Below are positions 8,161-17,249 of a DNA stretch of 64,000 nt, piece after piece. The translations under genes and the position numbers were made by a program. How positions within the stretch are numbered: the first letter of the stretch is position 1; each line of letters begins with the position of its first letter. A model generated the notes under the pieces. The model did no database searches. It was not told where the DNA came from and saw only the letters and a list, made by a program, of their open reading frames with translations. Location: the NCBI GenBank assembly GCA_035385585.1, contig DAOOKJ010000002.1, positions 595 through 64,594 on the forward strand, written 5' to 3'. Source of the stretch: Minisyncoccota bacterium (lineage in GTDB: Bacteria > Patescibacteriota > Minisyncoccia > UBA6257).

Positions 8161-8325
8161 GTCTACCCTCTCTGCCCCAATACTGCTTCGGCACCGGCTG
8201 TCGGCTCGCTCCAGCCGCTGAGCCGCAGCCTAAGCTCTCGGCCTGACGGCTCTTTCGCTTCGCTCAAGACCAAGCCCGTCAGGCCTGCGAGGTTTGCTTC
8301 AGCAGTATTGGGGCAGAGAGAACAG
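8161..8325. repeat. GC-rich structured intergenic element: perfect outer palindrome (ctctctgccccaatactgc...gcagtattggggcagagag) enclosing a ~110-nt GC-rich core with nested inverted repeats; homologous to the element at 19709..19840 in opposite orientation
   Basis: Direct sequence comparison; ~60% GC against an AT-rich background; lies immediately 3' of a plus-strand gene. Confidence 0.7.
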
Positions 8326-8381
8326 CAATGAGACATTATTCTTAAGAGAGTATTTATTATATAGAGAATTTCTTATTTTTT

Positions 8382-9794
8382 ATGAAAATTACTTTTTTTG
8401 GCGGCATAAATGAAATTGGCGGAAATAAGATTTTGATAGAGGAAAAAGGAACCTCTATTTTTTTAGATTTTGGCAAAAGTTATAAAGAATCCTCTCTCTA
8501 CTTTGAAGAATTTGTCAGTCCAAGGGCAGTTCATGGAATCAAAGACTATTTAGCCTTAGATTTGATTCCTCAAAAACAGGGTATTTACCGCAAAGACCTA
8601 GTTGAAATTTTAGAGAAAGAAAATTATGAAATATCCTCTTATGATAAGTTGTCCTTATCAGCAATTCTTCTTTCTCACCCCCATATGGACCACGCCGGCT
8701 ATCTTTCTTTTATAGACGAAAAAATTCCTGTTTATTTAACCAAAAATAGTCTTTTGGTATTAGAAACTTTTAATATTATTAAACCATCTAATTTAGAAAA
8801 TGAGATTTTTGAAATCAGTTATCCTCATTATTTTGACTCAAAGAAAAGAAAAAAACAGAAAAGAAATTTTAAAGAAGTTTCAAATTTAAAAGGGTTTAGG
8901 ATTAATGATTTAGAGATAACCCCGATTGCGGTTGACCATTCTGCGCCAGGAGCAACAATGTTCTTGATTAAATCTAAAGATAAAAAAATCCTTTATTCCG
9001 GCGATTTTCGGCTTTCAGAAATAGATAAAGAGCATTTAGAAAAAATTACCAGTTATCTTAAAAAAGAAAAAATTGATTATTTTCTGTGCGAAGGAACAAG
9101 AATTACAGAAGATAAAGTATTAAGAGAAAAAGAGGTTTATATTAAAGCCAAAGAAAGAATTTTAGATATTAAAGGACTGATAGTTGCTGATTATTCTTTA
9201 ACAGATACTACTCGCTTTTTAACTTTACAAAACCTTGCCAAGTCAATAAATAGAAAAATTGCCTTGCCATTTAACTATTTTGGCTATTTGATTTTCCTTA
9301 AAGAGAAAGGGTTCAACATTGATATTTCAAAAAATGTTATTTTATATGGTAAGAAAAAATCAAAATTAAAAAAATGGGAAAAAAATTTAATTAAAAAATA
9401 TCCTTTTGTTGAGGCGGATGAAATTCAAAAAAATCAAAAAGATTATTTTGTTATCCTGAATTTTTATCAAATTCAGGAATTAATTGATTTAAAGCCAGAT
9501 GAAAATTCTTATTTTTTAAGAGCCATTACTGAACCTCATTCAGAAGAAATGGAAATTTCTGAAGCAAGATTTGTTAATTGGATTAAGCATTTTGAAATGC
9601 AGGGCTTAACAGAGGAAGGGAAATTTGAAAGAGCGCATATTTCTGGTCATATCTCCGGCAAAGAATTAAAAGATTTTATTTCAAAAATTCAGCCCCATTT
9701 TATTATTCCTATTCATACCGAGCAACCGCAAGAATTCAAAAAAATTTATAAAAATGTTTTGATAGTGAAGAAAGGAGAAACAATTACCATATAA
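8382..9794 (+). CDS. MBL-fold beta-CASP family hydrolase, RNase J-like ribonuclease
   Basis: HPHMDHAGY (HxHxDH) motif, later GDFR and HISGH beta-CASP motifs. Confidence 0.55.
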   Translation: MKITFFGGINEIGGNKILIEEKGTSIFLDFGKSYKESSLYFEEFVSPRAVHGIKDYLALDLIPQKQGIYRKDLVEILEKENYEISSYDKLSLSAILLSHPHMDHAGYLSFIDEKIPVYLTKNSLLVLETFNIIKPSNLENEIFEISYPHYFDSKKRKKQKRNFKEVSNLKGFRINDLEITPIAVDHSAPGATMFLIKSKDKKILYSGDFRLSEIDKEHLEKITSYLKKEKIDYFLCEGTRITEDKVLREKEVYIKAKERILDIKGLIVADYSLTDTTRFLTLQNLAKSINRKIALPFNYFGYLIFLKEKGFNIDISKNVILYGKKKSKLKKWEKNLIKKYPFVEADEIQKNQKDYFVILNFYQIQELIDLKPDENSYFLRAITEPHSEEMEISEARFVNWIKHFEMQGLTEEGKFERAHISGHISGKELKDFISKIQPHFIIPIHTEQPQEFKKIYKNVLIVKKGETITI

Positions 9795-9797
9795 CTT

Positions 9798-10628
9798 ATG
9801 ATTATCGATGGTAAACAACTCGCCTCTGAAATAATAGAGGAATTGAAACAAGAAAGAAAAAAAATCGCTAAAAAGATTCGTTTGGCGGTTGTTTTAGTTG
9901 GCAATGATTCTGCTTCTCTATCTTTCATTAAACAAAAAGAAAAAATTTGCCAAGAATTAGAAATCGATTTTCGTTTGTATCAATATCCTTTAGATATAAA
10001 AACAAAAGAATTAAGGCAAAAAATTTCTCAAATTTGCCGCAATAATTATAATCGGGGAGTAGTAGTTCAATTACCTTTGCCAAAACAAATTAAAAGCCAG
10101 TCAGTTCTTAATGCGGTTTTGCCGCTAAAAGATTGTGATTGTTTATCAGAAAAGAATTTAGGTCAATTTTATACTTTTAGAAGCAAGATTTTACCACCGA
10201 CAGTTGCGGCTATAAAATTTATTTTAGAAAAATACCAAATTTTAGTTAGAGGAGAAAATGTTTTAGTGATTGGTCGGGGGCAATTGGTTGGCAAGCCCGC
10301 CGCTTTATGGTTTATAAATGAAGGAGCAACTGTTTTAGTTTCAAATAGCAAAACAAAAGACTTAAAAGAATTATTAAAATGGGCGGATATCATTGTTTCT
10401 TCTGCTGGGGTGCCAAATTTAATTAATGGCGACGATATAAAAGAGGGGGCAGTAGTAATTGATGCTGCAGTTGTCTCAGAAGCCGGGCAATTAAAGGGTG
10501 ATTGCAATTTTAATTCAGTTAAAGAAAAAACCAAAATTATTACCCCAGTACCGGGAGGAATCGGCCCCTTGACAGTTGCCTTTTTATTTAAAAATTTGCT
10601 GACATTGACCAAACTTCAAAAGAAATAG
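9798..10628 (+). CDS. folD: Bifunctional methylenetetrahydrofolate dehydrogenase/cyclohydrolase FolD
   Basis: N-terminal IIDGK...VVLVGNDSAS, Rossmann VIGRG..VGKP, C-terminal TPVPGGIGPLT. Confidence 0.85.
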   Translation: MIIDGKQLASEIIEELKQERKKIAKKIRLAVVLVGNDSASLSFIKQKEKICQELEIDFRLYQYPLDIKTKELRQKISQICRNNYNRGVVVQLPLPKQIKSQSVLNAVLPLKDCDCLSEKNLGQFYTFRSKILPPTVAAIKFILEKYQILVRGENVLVIGRGQLVGKPAALWFINEGATVLVSNSKTKDLKELLKWADIIVSSAGVPNLINGDDIKEGAVVIDAAVVSEAGQLKGDCNFNSVKEKTKIITPVPGGIGPLTVAFLFKNLLTLTKLQKK

Positions 10629-10685
10629 TATAATGTCTGTATCCTGTATCTTTTATTTATTATTTTTTATTTTTGATTTATTATT

Positions 10686-12251
10686 ATGTTTGATATTTTA
10701 ATTAAAAAAGGATTGGTTTTTGACGGTTTGGCTAATGAGCCGAAAATTTTAGATTTAGCCATTAAAGATGGAAAAATCTCTAAAATTGGTAATCTTAAAA
10801 ACGAAAAAGCAAAAACAGAAATTAATGCTGAGGGTTTTTATGTTTGCCCTGGTTTTTTAGAAATTAACTCTCTTGCCGATAGGGATTTTAGTGTTTTTTT
10901 AAAGCCAGCGGCAGAAAATTATCTTCTTCAGGGGGTAACAACGGTAATTGGCGGAGCGGGTGGCGCCTCGCTTTATCCATTAATTAGCGGTTCTTTAGAA
11001 TCTTTAAACAAATGGCTTGATTATCAGCAAATTAACATAAAATGGCAAAGAATAGGTGATTTTTTTGCTATTTTAGAAAAAAGAGGATTAGGAGTAAATT
11101 TTGGTAGTTTAATTAGTTGGGCAACCATAAGGAGTGATTTTACAAAGCGAGAATTCAGAACTTTATCAAAAGAAGAAAAAGAAAAATTAAAGTTTATTGT
11201 AGAAGAGAGTTTAAAAGAGGGAGCTTTGGGAATAGCTTTTGCTTTAGGGTCAGAAGAAGAAAGAGCAGTAGGAATAGAAGAGATTTTAGAAATTGGAGAA
11301 ATCGTGAAAAAATTTAAGGGTTATTTAGGGTTTAGCCTAAGAGATGAATCGGATGGTTTTTTGTCAAGCACAAGAGAAGTTTGTGAAGTTTCAATTAGGG
11401 GAAAATTGCCTATTGAAATATACCAATTAAAGGTTTTAGGAGAAAATAACCATAAATTCTTTAAAGATGCCCTAAAGTTTATTGAAGACGCTAATAAAAA
11501 AGAAGAATTAATAAATTTTGACCTTTCACCTTATGAGAGTACTGTTTTACCGCTGATGTCGTATCTTCCTGATTGGGCGGCAGTTGGAGGTTGGCCGGTT
11601 TTTTTAAAAAATATTCGGGAAGAGATTATATACAAAAAATTAATTCAGGATTTAAAAAGAAAAAGAAATCTTATCAGTAATTTAATTGTAACCAGTTCTG
11701 AAAATGAACCATTTTTTGTCGCTAAAAGTTTAAAAGAATTAGCCAAAGGATTTAATTTGACACCCGAGGAAACCCTGCTAAAAATTTTAGAAATAAATAA
11801 CGGTCGGGTTTTTGTTTTTTCCAAAAATCTTTCTCCGGAAAATGTCAAAATGGGAATTGCTTCAGAATTTTCCTTTGTTTCAGCGGAAAGCGGGTTCTAC
11901 AATAAAGAAGAAAAATCTCAATCATTAATTCATCCCAAGTCCTTTGATACTTTCATAAGATTTCTAAATGACTGGTCATTGAAAAATAAAATTCTTCCTT
12001 TAGAACAGGCAATTTACAAAATTACTGGTAAAGTAGCAAAAAAAATTGGTCTAAACAACAGAGGGTTTATAAAAGAAAATAATTGGGCTGATGTCATTAT
12101 TCTGTCGCCGGAAAAATTAAACTCTCTGGCAACTTATAAAAATCCTTATCTTTCTCCCGCAGGAATTGGAACTGTTATTATTAATGGAAAAATTGCTTAT
12201 AATAAAGGGATTATTAGCGAAGAGAGAGTCGGAAAAATTATAAGGCGCTAA
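10686..12251 (+). CDS. Amidohydrolase-family protein (D-aminoacylase-like fold); canonical HxH metal-binding motif not evident
   Basis: N-terminal beta-sandwich pattern typical of amidohydrolase_3, but PGFLEINSL sits where the HxH motif is expected. Confidence 0.4.
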   Translation: MFDILIKKGLVFDGLANEPKILDLAIKDGKISKIGNLKNEKAKTEINAEGFYVCPGFLEINSLADRDFSVFLKPAAENYLLQGVTTVIGGAGGASLYPLISGSLESLNKWLDYQQINIKWQRIGDFFAILEKRGLGVNFGSLISWATIRSDFTKREFRTLSKEEKEKLKFIVEESLKEGALGIAFALGSEEERAVGIEEILEIGEIVKKFKGYLGFSLRDESDGFLSSTREVCEVSIRGKLPIEIYQLKVLGENNHKFFKDALKFIEDANKKEELINFDLSPYESTVLPLMSYLPDWAAVGGWPVFLKNIREEIIYKKLIQDLKRKRNLISNLIVTSSENEPFFVAKSLKELAKGFNLTPEETLLKILEINNGRVFVFSKNLSPENVKMGIASEFSFVSAESGFYNKEEKSQSLIHPKSFDTFIRFLNDWSLKNKILPLEQAIYKITGKVAKKIGLNNRGFIKENNWADVIILSPEKLNSLATYKNPYLSPAGIGTVIINGKIAYNKGIISEERVGKIIRR

Positions 12252-12285
12252 CTTTATACCTAACAATCTTTTTTTAGGTGAGGGG

Positions 12286-12314
12286 TTGATTTTTGCCCTT
12301 TATATTGATATAAT
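12286..12314 (+). promoter_or_regulatory. Sigma70-type promoter TTGATT-17-TATAAT upstream of mreB
   Basis: Hexamers and spacing read from sequence. Confidence 0.4.
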
Positions 12315-12380
12315 GTGTTGATATAAGGTGTAGCAATTAGCCGCATTGAATTTTAAATAAATTTAAATTTTGAGTTTCTT

Positions 12381-12450
12381 GTCCGCCCAAACCCCGCCTT
12401 TTTTGAAAGAAGAGCGGGATTTGGACGGGTGAAACTTTTGACTTTTGAAT
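12381..12450. repeat. Palindromic element copy 2 (between the mreB promoter and the mreB start)
   Basis: gtccgcccaaaccccgccttttttgaaagaagagcgggatttggacggg + gtgaaacttttgacttttgaatt. Confidence 0.6.
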
Positions 12451-12460
12451 TATTATTAAT

Positions 12461-13468
12461 ATGTTAGTCCGTCATTTGGGCATAGATTTGGGTACTGTCA
12501 ATACTTTAGTTTTTATTCCAAAAAAGGGCGTCGTAACAAACGAGCCCTCAATTGTTGCTATTACCATTGATGACAACAAAGTTTTAGCGATTGGCTCAGA
12601 AGCCAGAGAAATGTTAGGTAGAACTCCAGAAATAATTAAAACTTATAAACCGTTAAAAGACGGCGTAATAGCCGATTACCGAGTTACTCAGGCAATGCTT
12701 AAATATTTTATTGATAAAGCATTGGGACCATGGCGTTTAGTTAAGCCTGATGTAGTAATATCGGTGCCGGCAGGAATTACCTCAACAGAACAAAGAGCAG
12801 TAATTGAAGCAGCCCGAGAGGCTGGCGCAAAAGAGGCTTATGTAGTAAGAGAACCAATTTTGGCCGCTTTAGGTGCTGAAGTGCCAATAAATTCTCCTCA
12901 GGGAAATATGATTGTCAACATCGGTGGCGGGACAACAGAGGTAGCAGTAATTTCTTTGGGAGGAATTGTTAGTTGGTTTTCAGTAAGAGTAGGAGGTATT
13001 AAAATGGATGAAGCAATTGCCGATTATATAAAGAAAAAATACAATTTAGCAGTTGGAGAAAGGACGGCTGAGAATATAAAAATAGAAATCGGCACTGCTT
13101 TACCTTTAAAACAAAAACAGGAAATAGAAATTAGAGGATTAGATTTAGGGGAAGGTTTACCAAAAAATATTATTATGAATTCAAATGAAATTGTTGAGGC
13201 AATTCAAACACCGCTTCAGGAAATTATCAAAGCAGTAAAATATGTTTTAGCCGAAACCCCTCCAGAATTAGCGGCTGATATTATGGAAAAAGGAATGTTT
13301 ATTTCTGGCGGCGGCGCTCTTTTAAAGAATATCGATGCTTTAATTACTAAAGTCACAGGAGTGCCAAGTTATATTGCTGAAGAGCCTCTTTTCTGCGTTG
13401 CTAAAGGAACAGGGGTAATTTTAGATAATTTAGAACTTTATAAAAGAAGCATTACCACTTATCGATAA
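12461..13468 (+). CDS. mreB: Rod shape-determining actin homologue MreB
   Basis: GIDLGTVNT phosphate-1 motif, full actin fold, 335 aa. Confidence 0.9.
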   Translation: MLVRHLGIDLGTVNTLVFIPKKGVVTNEPSIVAITIDDNKVLAIGSEAREMLGRTPEIIKTYKPLKDGVIADYRVTQAMLKYFIDKALGPWRLVKPDVVISVPAGITSTEQRAVIEAAREAGAKEAYVVREPILAALGAEVPINSPQGNMIVNIGGGTTEVAVISLGGIVSWFSVRVGGIKMDEAIADYIKKKYNLAVGERTAENIKIEIGTALPLKQKQEIEIRGLDLGEGLPKNIIMNSNEIVEAIQTPLQEIIKAVKYVLAETPPELAADIMEKGMFISGGGALLKNIDALITKVTGVPSYIAEEPLFCVAKGTGVILDNLELYKRSITTYR

Positions 13469-13493
13469 GTTAATTCTTTTGTTAAGTCTTTTA

Positions 13494-13530
13494 TCTGCTC
13501 TAATATTGCTTCAGCAGTATTTGAGCAGAC
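13494..13530. repeat. REP-like 16-bp-arm hairpin (tctgctctaatattgc-ttca-gcagtatttgagcaga) immediately 3' of mreB; this is the 'empty' form of the outer stem of the 8161 element
   Basis: Arms match the 8161 arms ctctgccccaatactgc / gcagtattggggcagag. Confidence 0.6.
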
Positions 13531-13562
13531 CCTAAAACAAAGGTAAAAATTCACTTTTTTCC

Positions 13563-14546
13563 TTGCAATCTATGATATTTCCTAATGAAAGGATTAAAAA
13601 GTTTTTAGAAAGCCTTCTTGAACATAAAGAATCACAAATTCAGAGTATGCTTTTTTGGGGAGAAAAAGGGACAGGAAAAATGACTACTGCTTTAAATTTC
13701 GCAAACTCTTTATTATGCTTAAATCAAAAAAAATGGGAAGGTTGCGGAAATTGTGTAAGTTGTCAATTACTAAAAAAAGGTCTTCATCCGGATTTAAGAA
13801 TTATTGATACTTTAAAAGATACTATTTCGATTGATGAGATAAAAGGAAAAGAGATAGAAAATAAAGAAGGACTAATTCAATTCTTATCTTTTTATCCTCA
13901 AGTTTCCCCATTTAGAATTGTAATCATAAATGAGGCAGAAAAACTTTCTTTAGATGCCCAAAATGCTTTTTTAAAAACTTTAGAAGAACCGCCACCTCAT
14001 TCAATTATTATTTTAACCTCTAATGAGCCAGATAAATTGCTTCCCACGGTTTATTCCCGGCTTTTGACTTTAAGGTTTAATCGTTTGCCGAAAGAAAAAC
14101 TTAAAAAATATCTTGCTAAAGAATATTCCCTAGAGGAAAAAGTGGCAGAAAAAATTGCTCTTCAAAGTAATGGAAAAATTGGATTGGCAATTAAACTTTT
14201 AGATAAAGAATTTGTTCAAAAGAGAAGTAGATTATGGCAGGAATTTTTAGAGATGATAAAAAATAATTTTATTTTTCGCTCCTTGTATTTAGAAAATAAA
14301 TTGAAATTCATTAAAAAACAGCAAGAAGTTCAAAATGGAGAGGGTAAAGATACCTCTCAAATAAAAGAAATGATTAGTATTTGGTTAGAAAATTTAGAAC
14401 ACGAAATTAGAGAAGAAAAAGATTTGTCATTAACGCAAGAAAAGAAAATAAATTTGGCAAAAGAACTATTAAATGCTTATAACCTAATTAGTTTTTCTAA
14501 TATTAATATTCAACTTCTTTTAGAAAATATATTTTTAACAGTTTAG
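13563..14546 (+). CDS. holB: DNA polymerase III delta-prime subunit
   Basis: GEKGTGKMT P-loop-like, CGNCVSCQ zinc module, clamp-loader fold. Confidence 0.7.
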   Translation: MQSMIFPNERIKKFLESLLEHKESQIQSMLFWGEKGTGKMTTALNFANSLLCLNQKKWEGCGNCVSCQLLKKGLHPDLRIIDTLKDTISIDEIKGKEIENKEGLIQFLSFYPQVSPFRIVIINEAEKLSLDAQNAFLKTLEEPPPHSIIILTSNEPDKLLPTVYSRLLTLRFNRLPKEKLKKYLAKEYSLEEKVAEKIALQSNGKIGLAIKLLDKEFVQKRSRLWQEFLEMIKNNFIFRSLYLENKLKFIKKQQEVQNGEGKDTSQIKEMISIWLENLEHEIREEKDLSLTQEKKINLAKELLNAYNLISFSNINIQLLLENIFLTV

Positions 14547-14590
14547 AATGTCTTTGTTGGGACAGACATCCATAATACTTAGTTAATTCA

Positions 14591-15148
14591 ATGTCTTCTG
14601 AAATCACAAAAAATTTAGAAAAAGCAGCCCAAGAAATAACTGAGTCATTTCACTCAGAGATTTTGAGTTTAAGAACTTCGCGGCCATCTCCTTCTTTGGT
14701 AGAAAATATTTCAGTTGAATCTTACGGAAATTTTTTGCCCTTAAAACACCTTGCTTCAATTTCCATTATGCCGCCAAATATTATTTCTATTGAACCGTGG
14801 GACAAATCGCTTTTAAATAATATCAAGAAAGCAATTGAGGCTTCTAATTTAGGTTTAACGCCGCAATTAGAAGCGAATCAACTGCGGCTTTACCTTCCAC
14901 CTTTAACTAAAGAGCGAAAGGAAGAATTAATCAAAATATTAAATCTTAAAAAAGAGGATTTTAGAATTAAACTGCGTCAGTTAAGGGAAGAGACCCTGCA
15001 GAATATTAAAGAACTATTTGAGAAAAAAGAGATTAGCGAAGATGAAAAATTTAGACTCAAAGACGAAATTCAAAAAATTATAGATAAAAGCAATGAAAAA
15101 TTAGATGAATACGAAACAAATAAGAAAAAAGAAATAGAAGAAGGATAA
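14591..15148 (+). CDS. frr: Ribosome recycling factor
   Basis: 185 aa, conserved RRF pattern (ISVESYG...LTPQ...RLYLPPLTKERKEEL). Confidence 0.85.
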   Translation: MSSEITKNLEKAAQEITESFHSEILSLRTSRPSPSLVENISVESYGNFLPLKHLASISIMPPNIISIEPWDKSLLNNIKKAIEASNLGLTPQLEANQLRLYLPPLTKERKEELIKILNLKKEDFRIKLRQLREETLQNIKELFEKKEISEDEKFRLKDEIQKIIDKSNEKLDEYETNKKKEIEEG

Positions 15149-15149
15149 T

Positions 15150-15953
15150 ATGATTGGCTTTATTTTGGCATTAATATCTTTAAGTCTTACACTTATTATT
15201 CACGAATGGGGGCATTTTTTATTCGCCAGAAAATTTAAAGTTAGGGTTGACGAGTTTGGAATTGGATACCCGCCACGGCTTTTTAGTGTTAAAAAAAATG
15301 GGGTAGTTTACTCAATAAATGCCATCCCTTTTGGGGCTTTAACTGCTATTTACGAGGGAGACAAAAACAATCCGGAAAAAGATAGTTTTCACGCCCAATC
15401 GTTCTGGAAAAAGTTTTTGATTCTTTTTGCCGGCCCTTTATTTAATTTTCTGTTAGCCTATTTTATTTTTATTCTCCTTTTTACCATTGGTATGCCGCAA
15501 ATTTTAATTCCCGAATCTTTTGGACAAATTAGTTTGAAGGTTCCATTTTATTTAGCACCGATTAAAGCGCTGGAGTTTTTAGGAACTCTTTTGAAAGAAA
15601 CGTTTATTGGTTTTGGAAGATTATTGGTTAATTTTTTTTTGAGATTAGATATCAGTGAACTTGTTGGCCCCGTAGGAATAATGGCTATATCTAGTAAGGC
15701 TTTTGAGATAAATATTAGTTACGGCCTATATATTTTAGGACTTATTTCCTTTGGCTTTGCGACCTTTAACTGGCTGCCAATTCCGGCGCTTGACGGTGGC
15801 AGAATCCTTTTTTTATTAATAGGAAAAATACGGAAAAAAGAAGTAAGCCAGGCGACGGAAAATGCTATTAATAACTTTGTTTTTGTAATGCTTTTAATTT
15901 TAATGCTTTTTGTCACTGTCAAAGATGTCAAATTATTTATCTTAAAAAGTTAA
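15150..15953 (+). CDS. Site-2 protease family (M50) zinc metalloprotease, short RseP-like form without PDZ
   Basis: HEWGH zinc motif in TM1, LDGG motif later. Confidence 0.7.
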   Translation: MIGFILALISLSLTLIIHEWGHFLFARKFKVRVDEFGIGYPPRLFSVKKNGVVYSINAIPFGALTAIYEGDKNNPEKDSFHAQSFWKKFLILFAGPLFNFLLAYFIFILLFTIGMPQILIPESFGQISLKVPFYLAPIKALEFLGTLLKETFIGFGRLLVNFFLRLDISELVGPVGIMAISSKAFEINISYGLYILGLISFGFATFNWLPIPALDGGRILFLLIGKIRKKEVSQATENAINNFVFVMLLILMLFVTVKDVKLFILKS

Positions 15954-15970
15954 GAGATTTATTTTTTAAA

Positions 15971-17218
15971 ATGAGATTTTCTTCTTTAAAATGGAAATCG
16001 TTAAAAGAAGTACCTAAAGATGGCAAAACAGACGGTACTTCGCTTTTAATTAAAGCCGGCTTTATTGAAAAAGTCGGAGCGGGAATCTATGATTACCTTC
16101 CTTTTGGCCTATCAATTTTAAACAAAATTGCCGCGGTAATAAGGCAAGAAATGAAAAATATTGGCGCTCAGGAGATTTTAATGCCAAGCCTTCATCCTTT
16201 GAGTTATTGGCAACAAACTAAAAGAGATAAAAGTTTTAATGCTTTATTTAAAATTAAATCCCGGTTTCATAATGAATACGTTTTGGGGCCAACTCATGAA
16301 GAAATCGTCGTTCCTTTGGCAAAAAGGTACATCTCTTCGTATAAAGATTTGCCATTATATTTATTTCAAATCCAAACAAAGTTTAGAGACGAACCGAGAC
16401 CAAAAGCGGGAATCCTTAGAGCAAAAGAATTTTTAATGAAAGACTTATATAGTTTCCATTCTGACGAAAAAGATTTGGATATTTATTACGAAAAAGTGAA
16501 AAATAGTTATACAAAAATTTTTAATGCTTTGAAACTCAAAGCCGTTATTACCGAAGCCTCTGGCGGTACTTTTTCTAAACTTTCCCACGAATTTCAGGCG
16601 CCATCTAAAAATGGCGAAGATATAATTTTTTATTGCGAAAAATGTGGATTTTCACGTAATAAAGAAATAGCAAAAAACATTAAGCAATGCCCAAATTGTC
16701 ATAATTTATTAACAAAAATTAAAAGCATAGAGGTGGCTAACATTTTTAAATTAAAAGACAGATATTCAAAACCTTTCAATTTAACTTATAAGAACAAAAA
16801 TGGCGAAGACGATTTTGTAATGATGGGCTGTTACGGAATAGGGATTTCAAGAATTTTAGGAACCTTGGCAGAAGTCTACCATGATGATAGAGGCTTTGTT
16901 TGGCCAGATTTAGTCGCTCCTTATACATATCATTTAATTTCTTTAAAAACAAAAGACGATAAAATAAATAGAGAAATCAATAAAACTTCAGAAAAAATTT
17001 ATAATTTTCTCTTACAAAATAAAAAAGAGGTTGTCTATGATGACCGAGATATTTCTACTGGCGAAAAGTTCTATGATGCTGATTTAATTGGCGCGCCAAT
17101 AAGAATTGTGGTTAGCGAAAAAACCCTAAAAGAGAAGTCCTTTGAAATCAAAAAAAGAAATTCAAATTCTTTCCAGTTGATAAAACTAGAAAAATGTGAT
17201 AAATTATTAGCAAAATAA
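15971..17218 (+). CDS. proS: Prolyl-tRNA synthetase, minimal form: no INS editing domain, small Cys4 zinc-ribbon insertion
   Basis: Class II motifs 1-3 (FRDEPRPKAGILRAKEF, GCYGIGISRI), CEKCG...CPNCH insert between motifs 2 and 3. Confidence 0.75.
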   Translation: MRFSSLKWKSLKEVPKDGKTDGTSLLIKAGFIEKVGAGIYDYLPFGLSILNKIAAVIRQEMKNIGAQEILMPSLHPLSYWQQTKRDKSFNALFKIKSRFHNEYVLGPTHEEIVVPLAKRYISSYKDLPLYLFQIQTKFRDEPRPKAGILRAKEFLMKDLYSFHSDEKDLDIYYEKVKNSYTKIFNALKLKAVITEASGGTFSKLSHEFQAPSKNGEDIIFYCEKCGFSRNKEIAKNIKQCPNCHNLLTKIKSIEVANIFKLKDRYSKPFNLTYKNKNGEDDFVMMGCYGIGISRILGTLAEVYHDDRGFVWPDLVAPYTYHLISLKTKDDKINREINKTSEKIYNFLLQNKKEVVYDDRDISTGEKFYDADLIGAPIRIVVSEKTLKEKSFEIKKRNSNSFQLIKLEKCDKLLAK

Positions 17219-17249
17219 ACAATATGATACAATTATATATTAAATTTCT

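Noticed and set aside
8161-8325. GC-rich structured element as tmRNA, SRP RNA, RNase P RNA or 6S RNA
   Set aside because: None of the conserved sequence hallmarks I can recall for these RNAs are present (e.g. tmRNA 3' GGUUCGAUUCC acceptor end, SRP GGAA/AGCAG tetraloop region, RNase P GGAAAGUCCGG). Two inverted copies also argue for a repeat family.
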